DNA from: Planctomycetota bacterium
Lineage (GTDB): Bacteria; Planctomycetota; UBA8108; SXIK01
DNA: 64,000 nt
Direction: 5' to 3'
Assembly: GCA_965223265.1 (NCBI GenBank)
Contig: OZ244999.1
Coordinates: forward strand, 6,112,001-6,176,000
Positions within the stretch are counted from its first letter, which is position 1, and each line of letters begins with the position of its first letter. This document shows positions 1 to 10,317 of the stretch, one piece after another. The position numbers and the translations under genes are program-made. Below the pieces are notes generated by a model that was given only the letters and a program-made list of their open reading frames with translations, searched no databases and was not told the DNA's origin.

Positions 1-3000
1 TCCCCACCACCACACGCTCGTCGGTCGCATAGCGAGCCACCGTTTTGCCCGCCATAACGCGATCTGCGAATCTTCAAGATAGGCGCTCTTTGCCGCTTTG
101 GACGCAGCTCCCGCATACTGTGCCTGTCGCAGGTAGACCTCGGCTCTCCTCAGTTCGATAACGGCCCACGGAACGCTCTCGACGGCTTTGGAAGATTGTC
201 GAAGATATCCAGACGCCTCGTTCAATCTTCGGTGGGCTTCCCAAAAGCGCCTCATGTTTGCCAGGAGGATTCCCGTGTGCGTACGGATAAAGGCATTCTC
301 CACTTGGAGAAAATCGTGATTCTCAATGTGGCGCATCACCGTTGTAGAGAATGTGTAAAGGCCCTCGCAGTACCACAAGAGCTTCTTCTCTTCGCGGTTG
401 ATCTCTAAATGCATCTCTTTGTCGGCAGCCGCCTTCCCTGTTCGTCTAGTAAGTTGCGCCTTCAGCAACAAGAGGAATTGGTACTCACGCATCGCTTTGA
501 TGGTCAACTCTCTCTCCTCCTGCGACGGCCGAACGTCGCGACACCATGCACGCGCGATCATTCTCATATTGACAATAAGTGAGTCCGAATCCTTGGTTCC
601 CATGTCGGGGAATCCTTTGACTCGCAGACTTTGTATCAGGTTTCTGAACTCGTTCGAAGAATCCTCATATAATCTCTTTCCCTTGAGACGAACTGCGTGT
701 TCGTATTTCTTCCGCAAACTAGATAGTTGAGTATCAGCGGTGCGCGGTGAACCTTCGAGTTTTTTGCTCCAATCCCGCGCGCCGTCGAAGTCGCCGATCT
801 CTTTGCAGAAATCGCGAAGTACCGCGCAACACTCTCGTCGAAGTGCGACAACAGCAACGCTTCCTTTCTCTTCATCACAGAACTTCACGAGCGAACACAT
901 GAGGTCAACGCAAGTCCCAAAGTGCGCGCAGGAAAGAATGCTTTCGCGCGCGAGCTTCAATGTCTGAACGGCCTCACGGAGCGCTGTTTCCCGAAGGTCC
1001 ACTTCACCAGGCCCCACCTCTTCGGCACATTTCAGGCGATGATAGATCGACTCCAGCGCCGCACCGGGATCGTCAGAAGAACGAAAGAGTTTTTCGTACC
1101 AGTCGGCAATTCCCTGGTGGCACGTGGCGGTTTCTTTCACAAGATCTTGTCGTTCACGAAGGAGTGTCTCTCGCAAATAAGTGCGCACGGTTTCGTGCAT
1201 CCAAAACGAACCGCCAGGTTGATAGCGTCCAACACCACATCTCGTGAGCGCATCAACCTTCTTTCGTGCAGTTTTCGCTCTTTCTTTGTCATTGTCCTGA
1301 TTGTCAATTCGCCCTCGAACGGGTGCGCGAAGAAGGGGCCATGAGAGCAGCGCAGCCGGTAATCTAGATCGCCGAAAAAGTGTTAGAGAATACAGAAAAC
1401 GCCCATCGTCTTTTTCTGTAGAGAGCACGTCTACCTCTTGCGACTTCCGAACTCTTTCAAAAACACTGGACGGAGTTACTTTGACCGCATCTGCAGAATT
1501 TTCTACGATTGTATACGATTCTTCGTGCGAAGGTGGTTGGAGAAACTTGCTCTCACCTGCTCGACACAATACGACGATTTCGAATTTGGAAAGCGTTTGT
1601 AGCCCTTTGACAGCGTCCCAAAATTTCTCCTTGTCCTTGTTAATCCAACTATCACAATTTGACTCTATTCCAATATTTTGTCCCACTCCGTCTCGGCCGT
1701 TCAGGAAGACCACGAACCGATTTGGTGAGCGTCGAAGCAAGTCTTGCAGGAAGCTTATGCACGTTTCTAACTTTAACTCAGGCAAAACGGGCAGTTCCGA
1801 CACGGCGCCGAGCTTGAATGCGATCGATTCAATAAGGACAGCGAAGAGATTGCTCATACTTGAGCAGGTGTCCAACTCCAGCCACACGCATTCTTGTTTT
1901 GCGGATAGAGACTGCCATACTTGTGCCGCCACAGAGGAGATTCCCCGGTTCCCGTGGACTACGATCGGGAAGTTCGTCTCGCCGTCTTTCAGAGGAGTCG
2001 ATGATTTGGTTCGGCTCTCCAGGTGACCGTGCAGCTGTTCCAGAGTTGTCTGAAATGGTTGCGTTCTGTCATCAGATTGATACGGATACGGAGGCACCTT
2101 GGATAAGGCTGGAAAACCGGCTCCCGGTGGAGGAAGAGAGAGAAATATTCTTTGGTAAAGTTGCAAAAGGAACAAACCCGTTTCGCGCTGAATTGTGATC
2201 TTGAGGCGCGCTCTATCGAAATATGGTGTAACGGACCTAAAGGCCTTCTCTACCTGTTCACTCTCGGTGTCCAAGAAACACGCCCAGAACACCTGCATTC
2301 TCTCATTGTCTTGGAGTGCACGATGAATGAGCTGGATAGTACGAAGATCCTGTCCGGACACACCCAAAACGAAAATGTGCTTGGCCGCGTCGGTTGTGTG
2401 CAGACTCGAAAAATAGTCGCTAAACGCTTGCTGGTCCTTCTCGGTGGGTCGTTCATCGAGCGAATAGTCTGCGCGCAAGCCAAAGCGTCCGCCGTGGAGC
2501 TTCACGACCGCTCGTTGTGCCTCTACGAGTGACGCCGGAGGAAGCCCGGCAGTACGATGTACGATGAAGGTCGAAACCGGCATCTCATGAGATTCAAAGG
2601 CGTCCTCGATGAGGGCGTCGAAGTTGGTTGTGAGAATCGTTCGAATTCTCAGGCCATCGGCAAGATGAACCAACATCTGGTGAGGTAACCCCGGTTTCGT
2701 CTCCGAAACCAGACGTGAGAAAGCGGCATCCGCGACGAGGTCAGAGGGAGGTCCCAAGCGAAAGCCATGGCTGGGGTTTCTCCGAAGGCGAGAGAGGAAG
2801 CGCAACGTTTCTCGCCAATCTGAGAGTGCCCCGATCGCCGCGCACTGCAGGTCCAGGTCGCTTGCAAGCACCTGGGTTATTCTCTCTTGCGTTTGCTGGT
2901 GTTCGCAGGTGCTCTTGAAAGCTCGCTCCAGAGGCGGCCAGGATTGTGTTTGTGGATCCCACTTTCCACTGATCGCTTGAAGCAAGCAGTAGTAAAGGTA

Positions 3001-3135
3001 TTTCCTCAAATTCGAAATCGTTGGAATCCCTGCCGAAACAGACATACCTGCTCCAAGCAGTGGCAGAAAACCATCCCCCGACTCGATGGCGTTGGCGATC
3101 TCATCGCAGAAGTCGTTCGCACTTAAGGTATTCAT
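1..3135 (-). CDS. SIR2-like NADase domain + degenerate STAND/NB-ARC-like ATPase + helical (TPR-like) repeats; Avs/DSR-like antiphage protein (3' end runs off the window)
   Basis: Manual translation from ATG at 3135 is open to position 1 (>1045 aa) and is absent from the ORF track. SIR2 motifs: LLGAGMSVSAGIP, ILTTNFD, VVKLHG, IFVLGVSGQD. STAND-like order: IVVHGNRGISSVAAQ, CVWLELD, RFVVFLNG, IVVLCR, FWMHETVRTYL, ALESIYH, then helical repeats. Confidence 0.85.
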   Translation of the reverse strand, partial: MNTLSANDFCDEIANAIESGDGFLPLLGAGMSVSAGIPTISNLRKYLYYCLLQAISGKWDPQTQSWPPLERAFKSTCEHQQTQERITQVLASDLDLQCAAIGALSDWRETLRFLSRLRRNPSHGFRLGPPSDLVADAAFSRLVSETKPGLPHQMLVHLADGLRIRTILTTNFDALIEDAFESHEMPVSTFIVHRTAGLPPASLVEAQRAVVKLHGGRFGLRADYSLDERPTEKDQQAFSDYFSSLHTTDAAKHIFVLGVSGQDLRTIQLIHRALQDNERMQVFWACFLDTESEQVEKAFRSVTPYFDRARLKITIQRETGLFLLQLYQRIFLSLPPPGAGFPALSKVPPYPYQSDDRTQPFQTTLEQLHGHLESRTKSSTPLKDGETNFPIVVHGNRGISSVAAQVWQSLSAKQECVWLELDTCSSMSNLFAVLIESIAFKLGAVSELPVLPELKLETCISFLQDLLRRSPNRFVVFLNGRDGVGQNIGIESNCDSWINKDKEKFWDAVKGLQTLSKFEIVVLCRAGESKFLQPPSHEESYTIVENSADAVKVTPSSVFERVRKSQEVDVLSTEKDDGRFLYSLTLFRRSRLPAALLSWPLLRAPVRGRIDNQDNDKERAKTARKKVDALTRCGVGRYQPGGSFWMHETVRTYLRETLLRERQDLVKETATCHQGIADWYEKLFRSSDDPGAALESIYHRLKCAEEVGPGEVDLRETALREAVQTLKLARESILSCAHFGTCVDLMCSLVKFCDEEKGSVAVVALRRECCAVLRDFCKEIGDFDGARDWSKKLEGSPRTADTQLSSLRKKYEHAVRLKGKRLYEDSSNEFRNLIQSLRVKGFPDMGTKDSDSLIVNMRMIARAWCRDVRPSQEERELTIKAMREYQFLLLLKAQLTRRTGKAAADKEMHLEINREEKKLLWYCEGLYTFSTTVMRHIENHDFLQVENAFIRTHTGILLANMRRFWEAHRRLNEASGYLRQSSKAVESVPWAVIELRRAEVYLRQAQYAGAASKAAKSAYLEDSQIALWRAKRWLAMRPTSVWWWG

Positions 3136-3188
3136 ACGTAGCGACCTCAAATGTCCTGACAGCCCGATCTTTGGACAGACAACTAAAA

Positions 3189-4879
3189 AGTTCCTGTTGA
3201 AACTCGCACGCATCAGCCACCTTCGACCGGTCTGCTCGATCCTCGTGCACTGCCGCCAGGACCTCGAGTGACGCGATCGTCAAGCCGATCGCGTGAAGTA
3301 TAGTCGAGTCGAGGAAATCTGGAGCGACCATCCCTTTCCTTCGTTGTTTTCTTGGCAGTCGAATCTATCTCGGTGAGCTCACTTTCCAGGCGGACCTGTT
3401 AGAAGTACAAGGTTGTGGCAAAAGACGCCGAGCGCCACGTGGCTTTCGAAATTCCTAAATCCTCGATACTGCGACCGAAGGAGCCCAAACGCGCGTTTTA
3501 AGACCGAGATCGAGCCTTCGATGCCAGCTCGAAAATGCTGCAGCGCGACGAACGCCTCGTCGGCGAAATCTTTGAGGCGCTGGGGAATTGCGAGCACCTT
3601 CACCTTTTCGCGCAGCTTGTTCATCGCCTCACGATCGCCACAAAATCCCTTGTCGGCCACAAGCGTCTTGGGGGGCTCACCGAAAACCTTCTCATGGCGC
3701 TTGAGAATGTCCTCAGGAAGCTTCGAGTCCGGAATCTTCTTTCGCATCACGTCGTACTGCGTGATGAACTTCTCGTTCGTCTGGCCGAGAAGGACCATGT
3801 GGCCGAACTCCACTGGCTTGTGACGTCGGCCCCGCTTGATCAGCTCTGTGTGATGCTCGAAGATGCTGAATATTCTCTCCTTCGCCGGTACGACCTCCCT
3901 GTCGATCCACGCTCGCTTCGCAACTCGTAGTGCCTTTTCGATCTTTGGGAGATACGACTCGATCTCGAGCCCGATCGCGCAGATCCATACGTCGGCGAGC
4001 TCTCTCGCCTCTTGACTGAAAACCCGAGAAAACCGCAGGATTCGTTCTAGGTGCGAAAGGAGTTTCTTCTGCGATCGCCTCACCTGTCTCTGACGCTTCT
4101 TGCTCGAACTCGTCGAATAGCGCGTCACGAAGAGATGGAGCTTCTTCACCTTGCGCTGGTGGAAACGGCTGTCGACCAGCCCCGGCTCGTGCGTTGAGAC
4201 TTTCCTGAGCAGGCGATAGAGCGTTCTCCAGCCGTCCCAAAGAAGCGACGAGTCCGTCGGCCAATGGATGTTCGATTCGACGACGGTTGTGTCAACCCGG
4301 AGCGTCTCGGGAGAAATCCGCTCCTCGCCGAGCGCATATTCACGAAGGGCGTCGTTGATCTTTCCCCACGTCGCCGGGCCGATAGCGCCAAAAGCCCGAC
4401 AGAGAAGCGAATGATCCATCACCGGCCGCGTGCCGAGTCGCAAAAAGTCTTGCAAGAAAGAGTTGTGAGCGAGTCGGATCACCGTTCCCCGAAACGCGGT
4501 GCCTTCGATCTGATGGACGATGAGCGCCCGCAGGAGATTCTCCGCGGTAAACGTCGCCTTCCGCCCCTTCCGCCTCCCCGTCGAGAGCTTTCCGAGATCT
4601 CGAGCGGCGAGGGTGAGGATCTCCGGGTTCCGATCGAGAATCTCGCTGATCTTGTTGTACTTCTCTTCGTACTCCCGTACGATCTTCGACGTCGATGCTG
4701 TCGACCAGTGGAAATATTGCTGCGGATCAGATTTCAAGCGCATTCTCTTCCTCCTTTCGGGTTGCAACCTTGGAGAATATGAATGCGCTTCTTTTTTGCA
4801 AGCATTACTCGATAGCGTTCAGACGGCACCCGAATCCTCAGCAGGAGTCAGGCGCCGATCGCTTTCCGCAACAGGAACT
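3189..4879 (-). mobile_element. IS5/ISNCY-like insertion sequence
   Basis: Inverted-repeat core AGTTCCTGTTG (3189-3199) / CAACAGGAACT (4869-4879) brackets a single DDE transposase. No clear target duplication seen. Confidence 0.7.
3379..4743 (-). CDS. DDE transposase (IS5/ISNCY-like)
   Basis: Motifs RVDTTVVESNIHWPTDSSLL, KPVEFGH, LVADKGF, RAGIEGSISVLKR. AGGAGG RBS before ATG 4743. Confidence 0.9.
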   Translation of the reverse strand: MRLKSDPQQYFHWSTASTSKIVREYEEKYNKISEILDRNPEILTLAARDLGKLSTGRRKGRKATFTAENLLRALIVHQIEGTAFRGTVIRLAHNSFLQDFLRLGTRPVMDHSLLCRAFGAIGPATWGKINDALREYALGEERISPETLRVDTTVVESNIHWPTDSSLLWDGWRTLYRLLRKVSTHEPGLVDSRFHQRKVKKLHLFVTRYSTSSSKKRQRQVRRSQKKLLSHLERILRFSRVFSQEARELADVWICAIGLEIESYLPKIEKALRVAKRAWIDREVVPAKERIFSIFEHHTELIKRGRRHKPVEFGHMVLLGQTNEKFITQYDVMRKKIPDSKLPEDILKRHEKVFGEPPKTLVADKGFCGDREAMNKLREKVKVLAIPQRLKDFADEAFVALQHFRAGIEGSISVLKRAFGLLRSQYRGFRNFESHVALGVFCHNLVLLTGPPGK

Positions 4880-4944
4880 CATTAACGTCAGAACATCTCT
4901 TTATGTAGCCATCAGGGAGAGACTTCTAAACCAGAGGGGGAGTT

Positions 4945-6783
4945 ATGTACAGACGAGTTCCAACTTCGAGTCATAAGCCGATTCGTTCAATTCTACAGGT
5001 TTCTTCGGCCCTACTTGTCGGAACGGCTCTTGCCGTAGGCTGCGGGACACCACCCACTGCGAGTGTCTCGGACCCAGTCGTTTTTACCATGTGTGATGTG
5101 GAGCGTGCCAGTGCAGACTATACCAATTCCGTAGGTGGTGACGCCATGAGCGTCCGCGGGGATCTCTCTCGGTTCTTTCGAACCAAACCCGGCGAATGGG
5201 AAGACAAAAAGGTTCGCCTCGACGAGATGCTTGAAGCGGCACAACGTCGATCTGCATATTTTCAGTCTATTCAGACTCTTCTCAGCCTCGACGTTGTCGT
5301 GAATCTGCTCACGAAAGCCCCGTCTCTCAGTACCGAGGAAAGCGAGGTGCAGCCTGCGGGAGACGCAGAGAATCCTGCAAGCGACGGGACCGGACCTGAC
5401 CCTGTACTCAAGGACGTGCGACAGAAGATGGCCGAGGCGATCGGCCAGTTCCTCGACAAGGCACTGAGCAAGCCCGTTCACGACAGCCCGTTTGATTTGC
5501 TCGATCGCGCTTCTGATTTTTTCGCTGCGTACGTCGTGAAGGTTCTACGCCTCCGCGGTGATTCACGTGCCTGGCCAGGTTCTTGCGCTGTTGATCCAAG
5601 CCGAGAAACTCCGTTTCTAGCAGGGCGCGTCGACCATTCCGCGACCGGTGACCTTCCGTTTCTGGATGGTGGTGATGGTGGTGATGGTGGTGATGGTGGT
5701 GATGATCGTGACGACTCGGCGACTGACAAGCCTGCGAAGCAACCTCCTGCACGCCTTATACTACTCTTGTTGCAGGCCCACGTTCATCCTGGTAATCGCC
5801 CGAATCACATGGCAGGTGTGCGGATTCGGGTCGTGGAAGCCCAACTCAAAGACTCGACACCCGAAGAGTCTGAAAGGAGCCCGCCCGGATGGAGCGGCGC
5901 GTCTGGTCCGGATCTTGTCAAGGTCGTCCGGTTGCATCCCACGCGTACCTATGACGTCGAACAGCTTTCGTTCGGTGAAAGTCTGGTCCAATCGATCGCT
6001 CTAACAGGTTCAGCGGAGATCCCGACGAAATCCGCGGACGTCAACCTCTCAGGCGCACGACGTGCAATGCGCGAGGCTGAAGCTCGCCGTCAGTTTCTCT
6101 CACGAGTCAGCAAAAACGTCAGCTTTGCTAACGCCGCCGAGCACGTCTTCGGTTGGAACTTCTATCCGTCAAACCTCGAGATTGGAAGTCCCGGCGCGAT
6201 GAAAACTCTCTGGGGCTGGCTCTTCGGGACCCCGAGAGCGTATGAGGTGACAGCACACCTCGAAGGCGGTGCACGAGATTGTGCCGCGTATCTCTTGGTG
6301 CCGCCCTCCCTCGAAAGTTTCACATGTAGTGTAACGTACGTTCACGCTTCGATCGATGGAGGCAAAGAACACCGTTCAGAGCCCAGCGAACCGTTCACGG
6401 TTCATCTGCCACCGTGGCACAGCCACGAGTCTGAAGGCAGGCTTCTCGACCTTCCAGCACTCACCAGCATGATCAAGATCAGCAAAGACAACGACTCATA
6501 CGAAATCCTCCACCGCGATGGTTTCGTTGAAGCGGACAAAGAGAAGCTGGAATTCTTTGTTGGCCACACTCGTGTCGACTCGGAAGACGAGTCTGCAATT
6601 CTCGCGAGTACCACCCTCGGGGGTGGCCGATTCCATATTCCGGCGAATCTCTTGGAAGAAAAAGAAGTGTCCGCTGTTGGCTATGGTGACGACAAAGCGC
6701 TCTTGGACACAGCTGAAGGGGTGCAGTCGCAGCATAACGCGGATCAGGCCGCGATCTTCATCTCGCCGAGTATTTGCTCGTGA
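4945..6783 (+). CDS. Putative lipoprotein of unknown function, C-terminus truncated by ISKra4
   Basis: Hydrophobic leader ending LAVGC (lipobox-like). The last ~21 codons run into the ISKra4 terminal repeat at 6718. Confidence 0.6.
   Translation: MYRRVPTSSHKPIRSILQVSSALLVGTALAVGCGTPPTASVSDPVVFTMCDVERASADYTNSVGGDAMSVRGDLSRFFRTKPGEWEDKKVRLDEMLEAAQRRSAYFQSIQTLLSLDVVVNLLTKAPSLSTEESEVQPAGDAENPASDGTGPDPVLKDVRQKMAEAIGQFLDKALSKPVHDSPFDLLDRASDFFAAYVVKVLRLRGDSRAWPGSCAVDPSRETPFLAGRVDHSATGDLPFLDGGDGGDGGDGGDDRDDSATDKPAKQPPARLILLLLQAHVHPGNRPNHMAGVRIRVVEAQLKDSTPEESERSPPGWSGASGPDLVKVVRLHPTRTYDVEQLSFGESLVQSIALTGSAEIPTKSADVNLSGARRAMREAEARRQFLSRVSKNVSFANAAEHVFGWNFYPSNLEIGSPGAMKTLWGWLFGTPRAYEVTAHLEGGARDCAAYLLVPPSLESFTCSVTYVHASIDGGKEHRSEPSEPFTVHLPPWHSHESEGRLLDLPALTSMIKISKDNDSYEILHRDGFVEADKEKLEFFVGHTRVDSEDESAILASTTLGGGRFHIPANLLEEKEVSAVGYGDDKALLDTAEGVQSQHNADQAAIFISPSICS
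5665..5705 (+). repeat. 9-bp tandem repeat (GATGGTGGT)n encoding a GGD linker
   Basis: Directly visible; translates as DGGDGGDGGDGGDD in the lipoprotein. Confidence 0.9.
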
Positions 6784-8208
6784 GCGCCCCAGAACGAATC
6801 CCACCGTCGACCCAAGACGGCGCAACGTAGATTCAAAATCTGCTGGCCGCCGCGAGAGGACCACCGCATGCCCGATCGTTTGAGACGGTGTCCGACGACG
6901 GTCTTGCACGCAGCTTCGACGACACCGCTGCCAATCGGCAGTCCCTTGGTGAGATAGGTCGAGTAGCGCATGTGTTCACGGTTGCGGTCGTAGTATCGTT
7001 CGGTTTCGTGAAGAGTCTTCGCTCGCTTCCCTGACGTGATACCTCGCCGCGTGCGACGGTTGCGTAGGGACCGAAGTACGTGTTTGACCCCGTCCTTCTG
7101 CTCGAGAAGCTTCGCACGTTGCTCTCGGAACCACGTTGTCGCTTCCGAGCTCCCGGGACCAAACAGAGCTTCGGAAGCTTCGCGCAGCTTCTCGGCAGCG
7201 TGAAAGAAATCGAGGATGCCTGTGGCGCGCTTGAGGATCGGATGCCCAGACTGATACGTCCAGTTCGAGAGCGCTCCGTCGGCGAGAAAGACCAACTTCG
7301 CGCCCCGAGGAAGGCTGCCCTTGACAGCTCGGACCTCTCGGTCGAGCTTCTCGTTCAAACCTTCCACGCTTCCATCGGGCATTTCAGCGACGTACTTTGT
7401 TGAGAGTCGTTCACCAGCTTTGTCGTAGAGCGCAATCGTGCCGACCTCCGCCTGACGCCAGCCCTCGCCGCGAACGTTCACCATGGTGCCGTCTCGACTC
7501 ACAGCGGCGACCTTAGCCGACTCGGCTTCGTCTTCGGTGGACACAGCGTGCTCGAAATAGATCTCAGAGAGATCTTCTCCTAGCTCGCCGACTTCGCTTG
7601 CTACGTGCTTGATCACCGTCGCGCATGGACGAAGAAAGTGCCAGCGCCGACAGAACTCTTCGACTTCCGCGGGGACTGACAATGCCGTCGAGTAGCTCAC
7701 GAATTCGGCGGCCAGCGGTGTCATGCCGTGGTGCAAAATGCCTGCATTGCGCTCCAACGGACACATGGTGCGAGCCCTCGCCCCGTTGGCCTGATAGACC
7801 GTCCGCTTCACTTCGATTTTCCCAAGAAAGCACTGATACTCCCTTGGGGCCGCGGTACTTGCGGTAGTGCCGTTCGCCATCGATGTCGAGGTGCGGTTCG
7901 TCAACGTCGCTCTCTTCAAGAACCGTCCGTTCGATCGTTCGCCCAAGCTCCCCGAGCTGTTCGAACAGCGACCGCTCGAAAGCCGACAATGACCGCGGGC
8001 TCAAGCCCGCCGACTCGAAATCCCCGAGCGTTTCACAGAGCTGACGCTTGAACTCTCCAAGCAAATCGTCGATCTTCTCCAGCATTGTCATGTCCTTTCT
8101 CTTCACTGACTTTCCAATTCGAAGAGAAAGGACTTTTTTCGTGCCGTGTCAAGCTGCTACGCCTTCGTAAATCCCTACGAAACCGACGTTATGCGACATC
8201 TGCACCCC
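6718..8208 (-). mobile_element. ISKra4-family insertion sequence
   Basis: 22-bp imperfect TIRs: GGGGTGCAGTCGCAGCATAACG (6718) vs rc GGGGTGCAGATGTCGCATAACG (ends 8208). Flanks show no direct repeat. Confidence 0.85.
6744..8091 (-). pseudogene. ISKra4 transposase with a frameshift near 7842
   Basis: N-terminus (..RKYRGPK) and the rest (EYQCFLG..DGA..LDFFHAAE..PIGSGVVEAACK..RLKRSGMRW) are in different frames; one extra G at AAG-G-GAG. Confidence 0.85.
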
Positions 8209-8229
8209 TCTCGGAGTGCAATACGCCAG

Positions 8230-8405
8230 CAATTCACGGTGTCGTCGCGTACGTCAGTACATCCCTCACCAACCGCCTCGTCGAGGGACTCAACAACAAG
8301 GCTGCGCATGATCGCTCGGCGCGCCTTCGGCTTTCACAATGCTTCCGCTTGATCGCGATGCTCATTCTCATCAGCGGCGGTATCCAGCTTGACTCTCCAC
8401 TACAC
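8230..8405 (+). pseudogene. ISL3-family transposase C-terminal remnant
   Basis: Frameshifted pieces read GVVAYVSTSLTNRLVEGLNNK / RMIARRAFGFHNA / LIAMLILISGGIQLDSPL, typical of ISL3 C-termini. Confidence 0.75.
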
Positions 8406-8460
8406 GGAGTCGACCCGCTCGAACTTTAGGAGATCTTCAAACATCCCCCAAAGAGGTAAA

Positions 8461-9114
8461 TCAGTTCAGCTGCAACAAGTTTACGAGCCGGAGGATGAAG
8501 AGCACGAAAAACGGCTTTCTCGTTGCGACCCATCCCGGAGTGATCGTTTCTCCCGTCTCCGTGACATAGACCGTCTCGTCGTCTTCCCACCGCAGATAGT
8601 CTCGCGTCTCTGCGTCAGCGTACGATACCGGGACGGAATAAATGTGACGCCGCACGAATGGAAGGCCGTCATAATTGAGAAACACTTCCACGTGTCCGTT
8701 GCCGCGCGCGTAAGCTCCTACCGGATAGAATTGAGCGATGACTGTTTTTCCTCCTCCTGGAGATCGCACTTCCTGCAGCGAAAAAGAGGCGCCCACCTCG
8801 GACAACCAAAACATCGCCGGTAAGGCAAGAAGCACGAAGATGAGTACGGCCAGGACGTGACAGGCGCTGCCAATCGCGGAGGGCAAAAGACACAGGAGAT
8901 GTGAAGGCCAGAACGAATAGGGTCGATACCGCACGAGGGTGACGAACGCCAAGAGACCTACCATAAAGGGGTATGCCACGTTTAGGAACGTATTCGCCCA
9001 AGCGTAGTCGGTAAGGAAACCAAACCATAAGATCCCCCCGAGCAGTAGGTTCACTGAAAGAAGGAACTTTGAAATCCGAGGTGGATCAGCCGATAGGCTC
9101 GACACATCGTTCAT
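8461..9114 (-). CDS. Hypothetical multi-pass membrane protein
   Basis: Several hydrophobic segments followed by a soluble domain (SPGGGKTVIAQFYPVGAY). Likely start ATG 9114; ORF is open to 9255. Confidence 0.6.
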   Translation of the reverse strand: MNDVSSLSADPPRISKFLLSVNLLLGGILWFGFLTDYAWANTFLNVAYPFMVGLLAFVTLVRYRPYSFWPSHLLCLLPSAIGSACHVLAVLIFVLLALPAMFWLSEVGASFSLQEVRSPGGGKTVIAQFYPVGAYARGNGHVEVFLNYDGLPFVRRHIYSVPVSYADAETRDYLRWEDDETVYVTETGETITPGWVATRKPFFVLFILRLVNLLQLN

Positions 9115-9645
9115 AGAAAGAATCTTCGCTCTTCTGACGATTTGGTCGTCGGTGTGATGCCGATATTCTAACCGAGCGCCGCATGTTTTCCTCCTTTCGC
9201 TCCGGCCGAGCGGGCACATTAACGACGGCAATTTGTCCATGTCCACACTTTTCAACCAAAACTGGTAGCTCTTGCGTCACCAGCACCCCAGGTCAGGTAC
9301 CCAACTACCCGCCGACAACTTCCGGCGTCGCGACCTAGGTGGGCACTCGGTGGCGCGAAGCGATGGCCGACGCCAACTATCTTTCTCTCGCGACCACTAA
9401 GAATTACGTCACGACGCACTGGTCGCGACCACGTAACGCACCTAAGAAAAGGCCTTGCAAGCAGGCTCGCTCGAGCCTGCCCCGCCGACGCCGTGCGCCT
9501 TTCCCATCCAGACGCGCTTGAAGCACGCCCGTTACACAGTTCCGCCGCCGCACTCTGCTCACCGACCCCGGTCGATCCACGGAGCGAGAACGCCCACTAC
9601 CACCATTGTCTGCGAACGCAAGCTGAGAGGTGCAGCCCCAGGCCG

Positions 9646-10209
9646 CTACTTCCCCCCGCACTGCATCGGCTGATCGGCCGACGGGTCCAGAACCGCGCTC
9701 ACCATTGTCACCGCTCCGACCGTCGGTGTGATCTCCCCTGTCCAGAGATCGATGTCGCAGAAGTCTTCGACGGCCTTGAAATAGCCGCCGGGTCCGAAGA
9801 GGCCTCGCTGCATCCTCGTGGCGCGCCCTTCCTCGTTGAACCATACGCTGTAGTCTTCATGGACGAAACCTTCTATCTCCGGCTTGATGTGATGCTCGAA
9901 CATGTACGAGTGGATGAAGCCCTCGAACGGCACTCCCTTCTCCTTCATGTCGCGAAGGATCAGGAAGTTGTCTGTTCGCTTGCCGATGGCCTCCATGCGC
10001 GCATCGACTTCTTCTGCCGTCTGACCGAAGTTGACGCCGAGTGTTACCCACTCATAGCTGCCCTCCTCCCAGCCGAAGGCCTCTCGGCTCTGATCGTAAC
10101 CAGCGCGAAGCTCCTTATCGTGCTCGACCGAGTAGATATAACCACCGACGTAGATGCCGAGGATCGTGGCGAAAAACCCAAACTCCAGGAGAAACGTGCG
10201 ACCTTTCAT
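9646..10209 (-). CDS. Hypothetical protein with N-terminal TM anchor
   Basis: AGGAG RBS; N-terminal hydrophobic helix; small alpha/beta domain with GVNFGQTAEEV. Confidence 0.65.
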   Translation of the reverse strand: MKGRTFLLEFGFFATILGIYVGGYIYSVEHDKELRAGYDQSREAFGWEEGSYEWVTLGVNFGQTAEEVDARMEAIGKRTDNFLILRDMKEKGVPFEGFIHSYMFEHHIKPEIEGFVHEDYSVWFNEEGRATRMQRGLFGPGGYFKAVEDFCDIDLWTGEITPTVGAVTMVSAVLDPSADQPMQCGGK

Positions 10210-10317
10210 GTGACTCTCCTTTCTCTGTCCGACACTAGGATTCGGTCTCTACTTCTCTTGCTTCGCGCTCCCAGCGCAGAAGCAACTCATCTGCCCAGCG
10301 CTTCACGACACCGTCCA

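Noticed and set aside
3101-3331. 76-aa ORF upstream of the SIR2 gene as a partner gene
   Set aside because: It spans the IS terminal repeat at 3189-3199, so it is probably a chimeric or chance ORF.
5408-5752. Poly-His ORF
   Set aside because: Antisense reading of the GGD-encoding 9-bp repeat.
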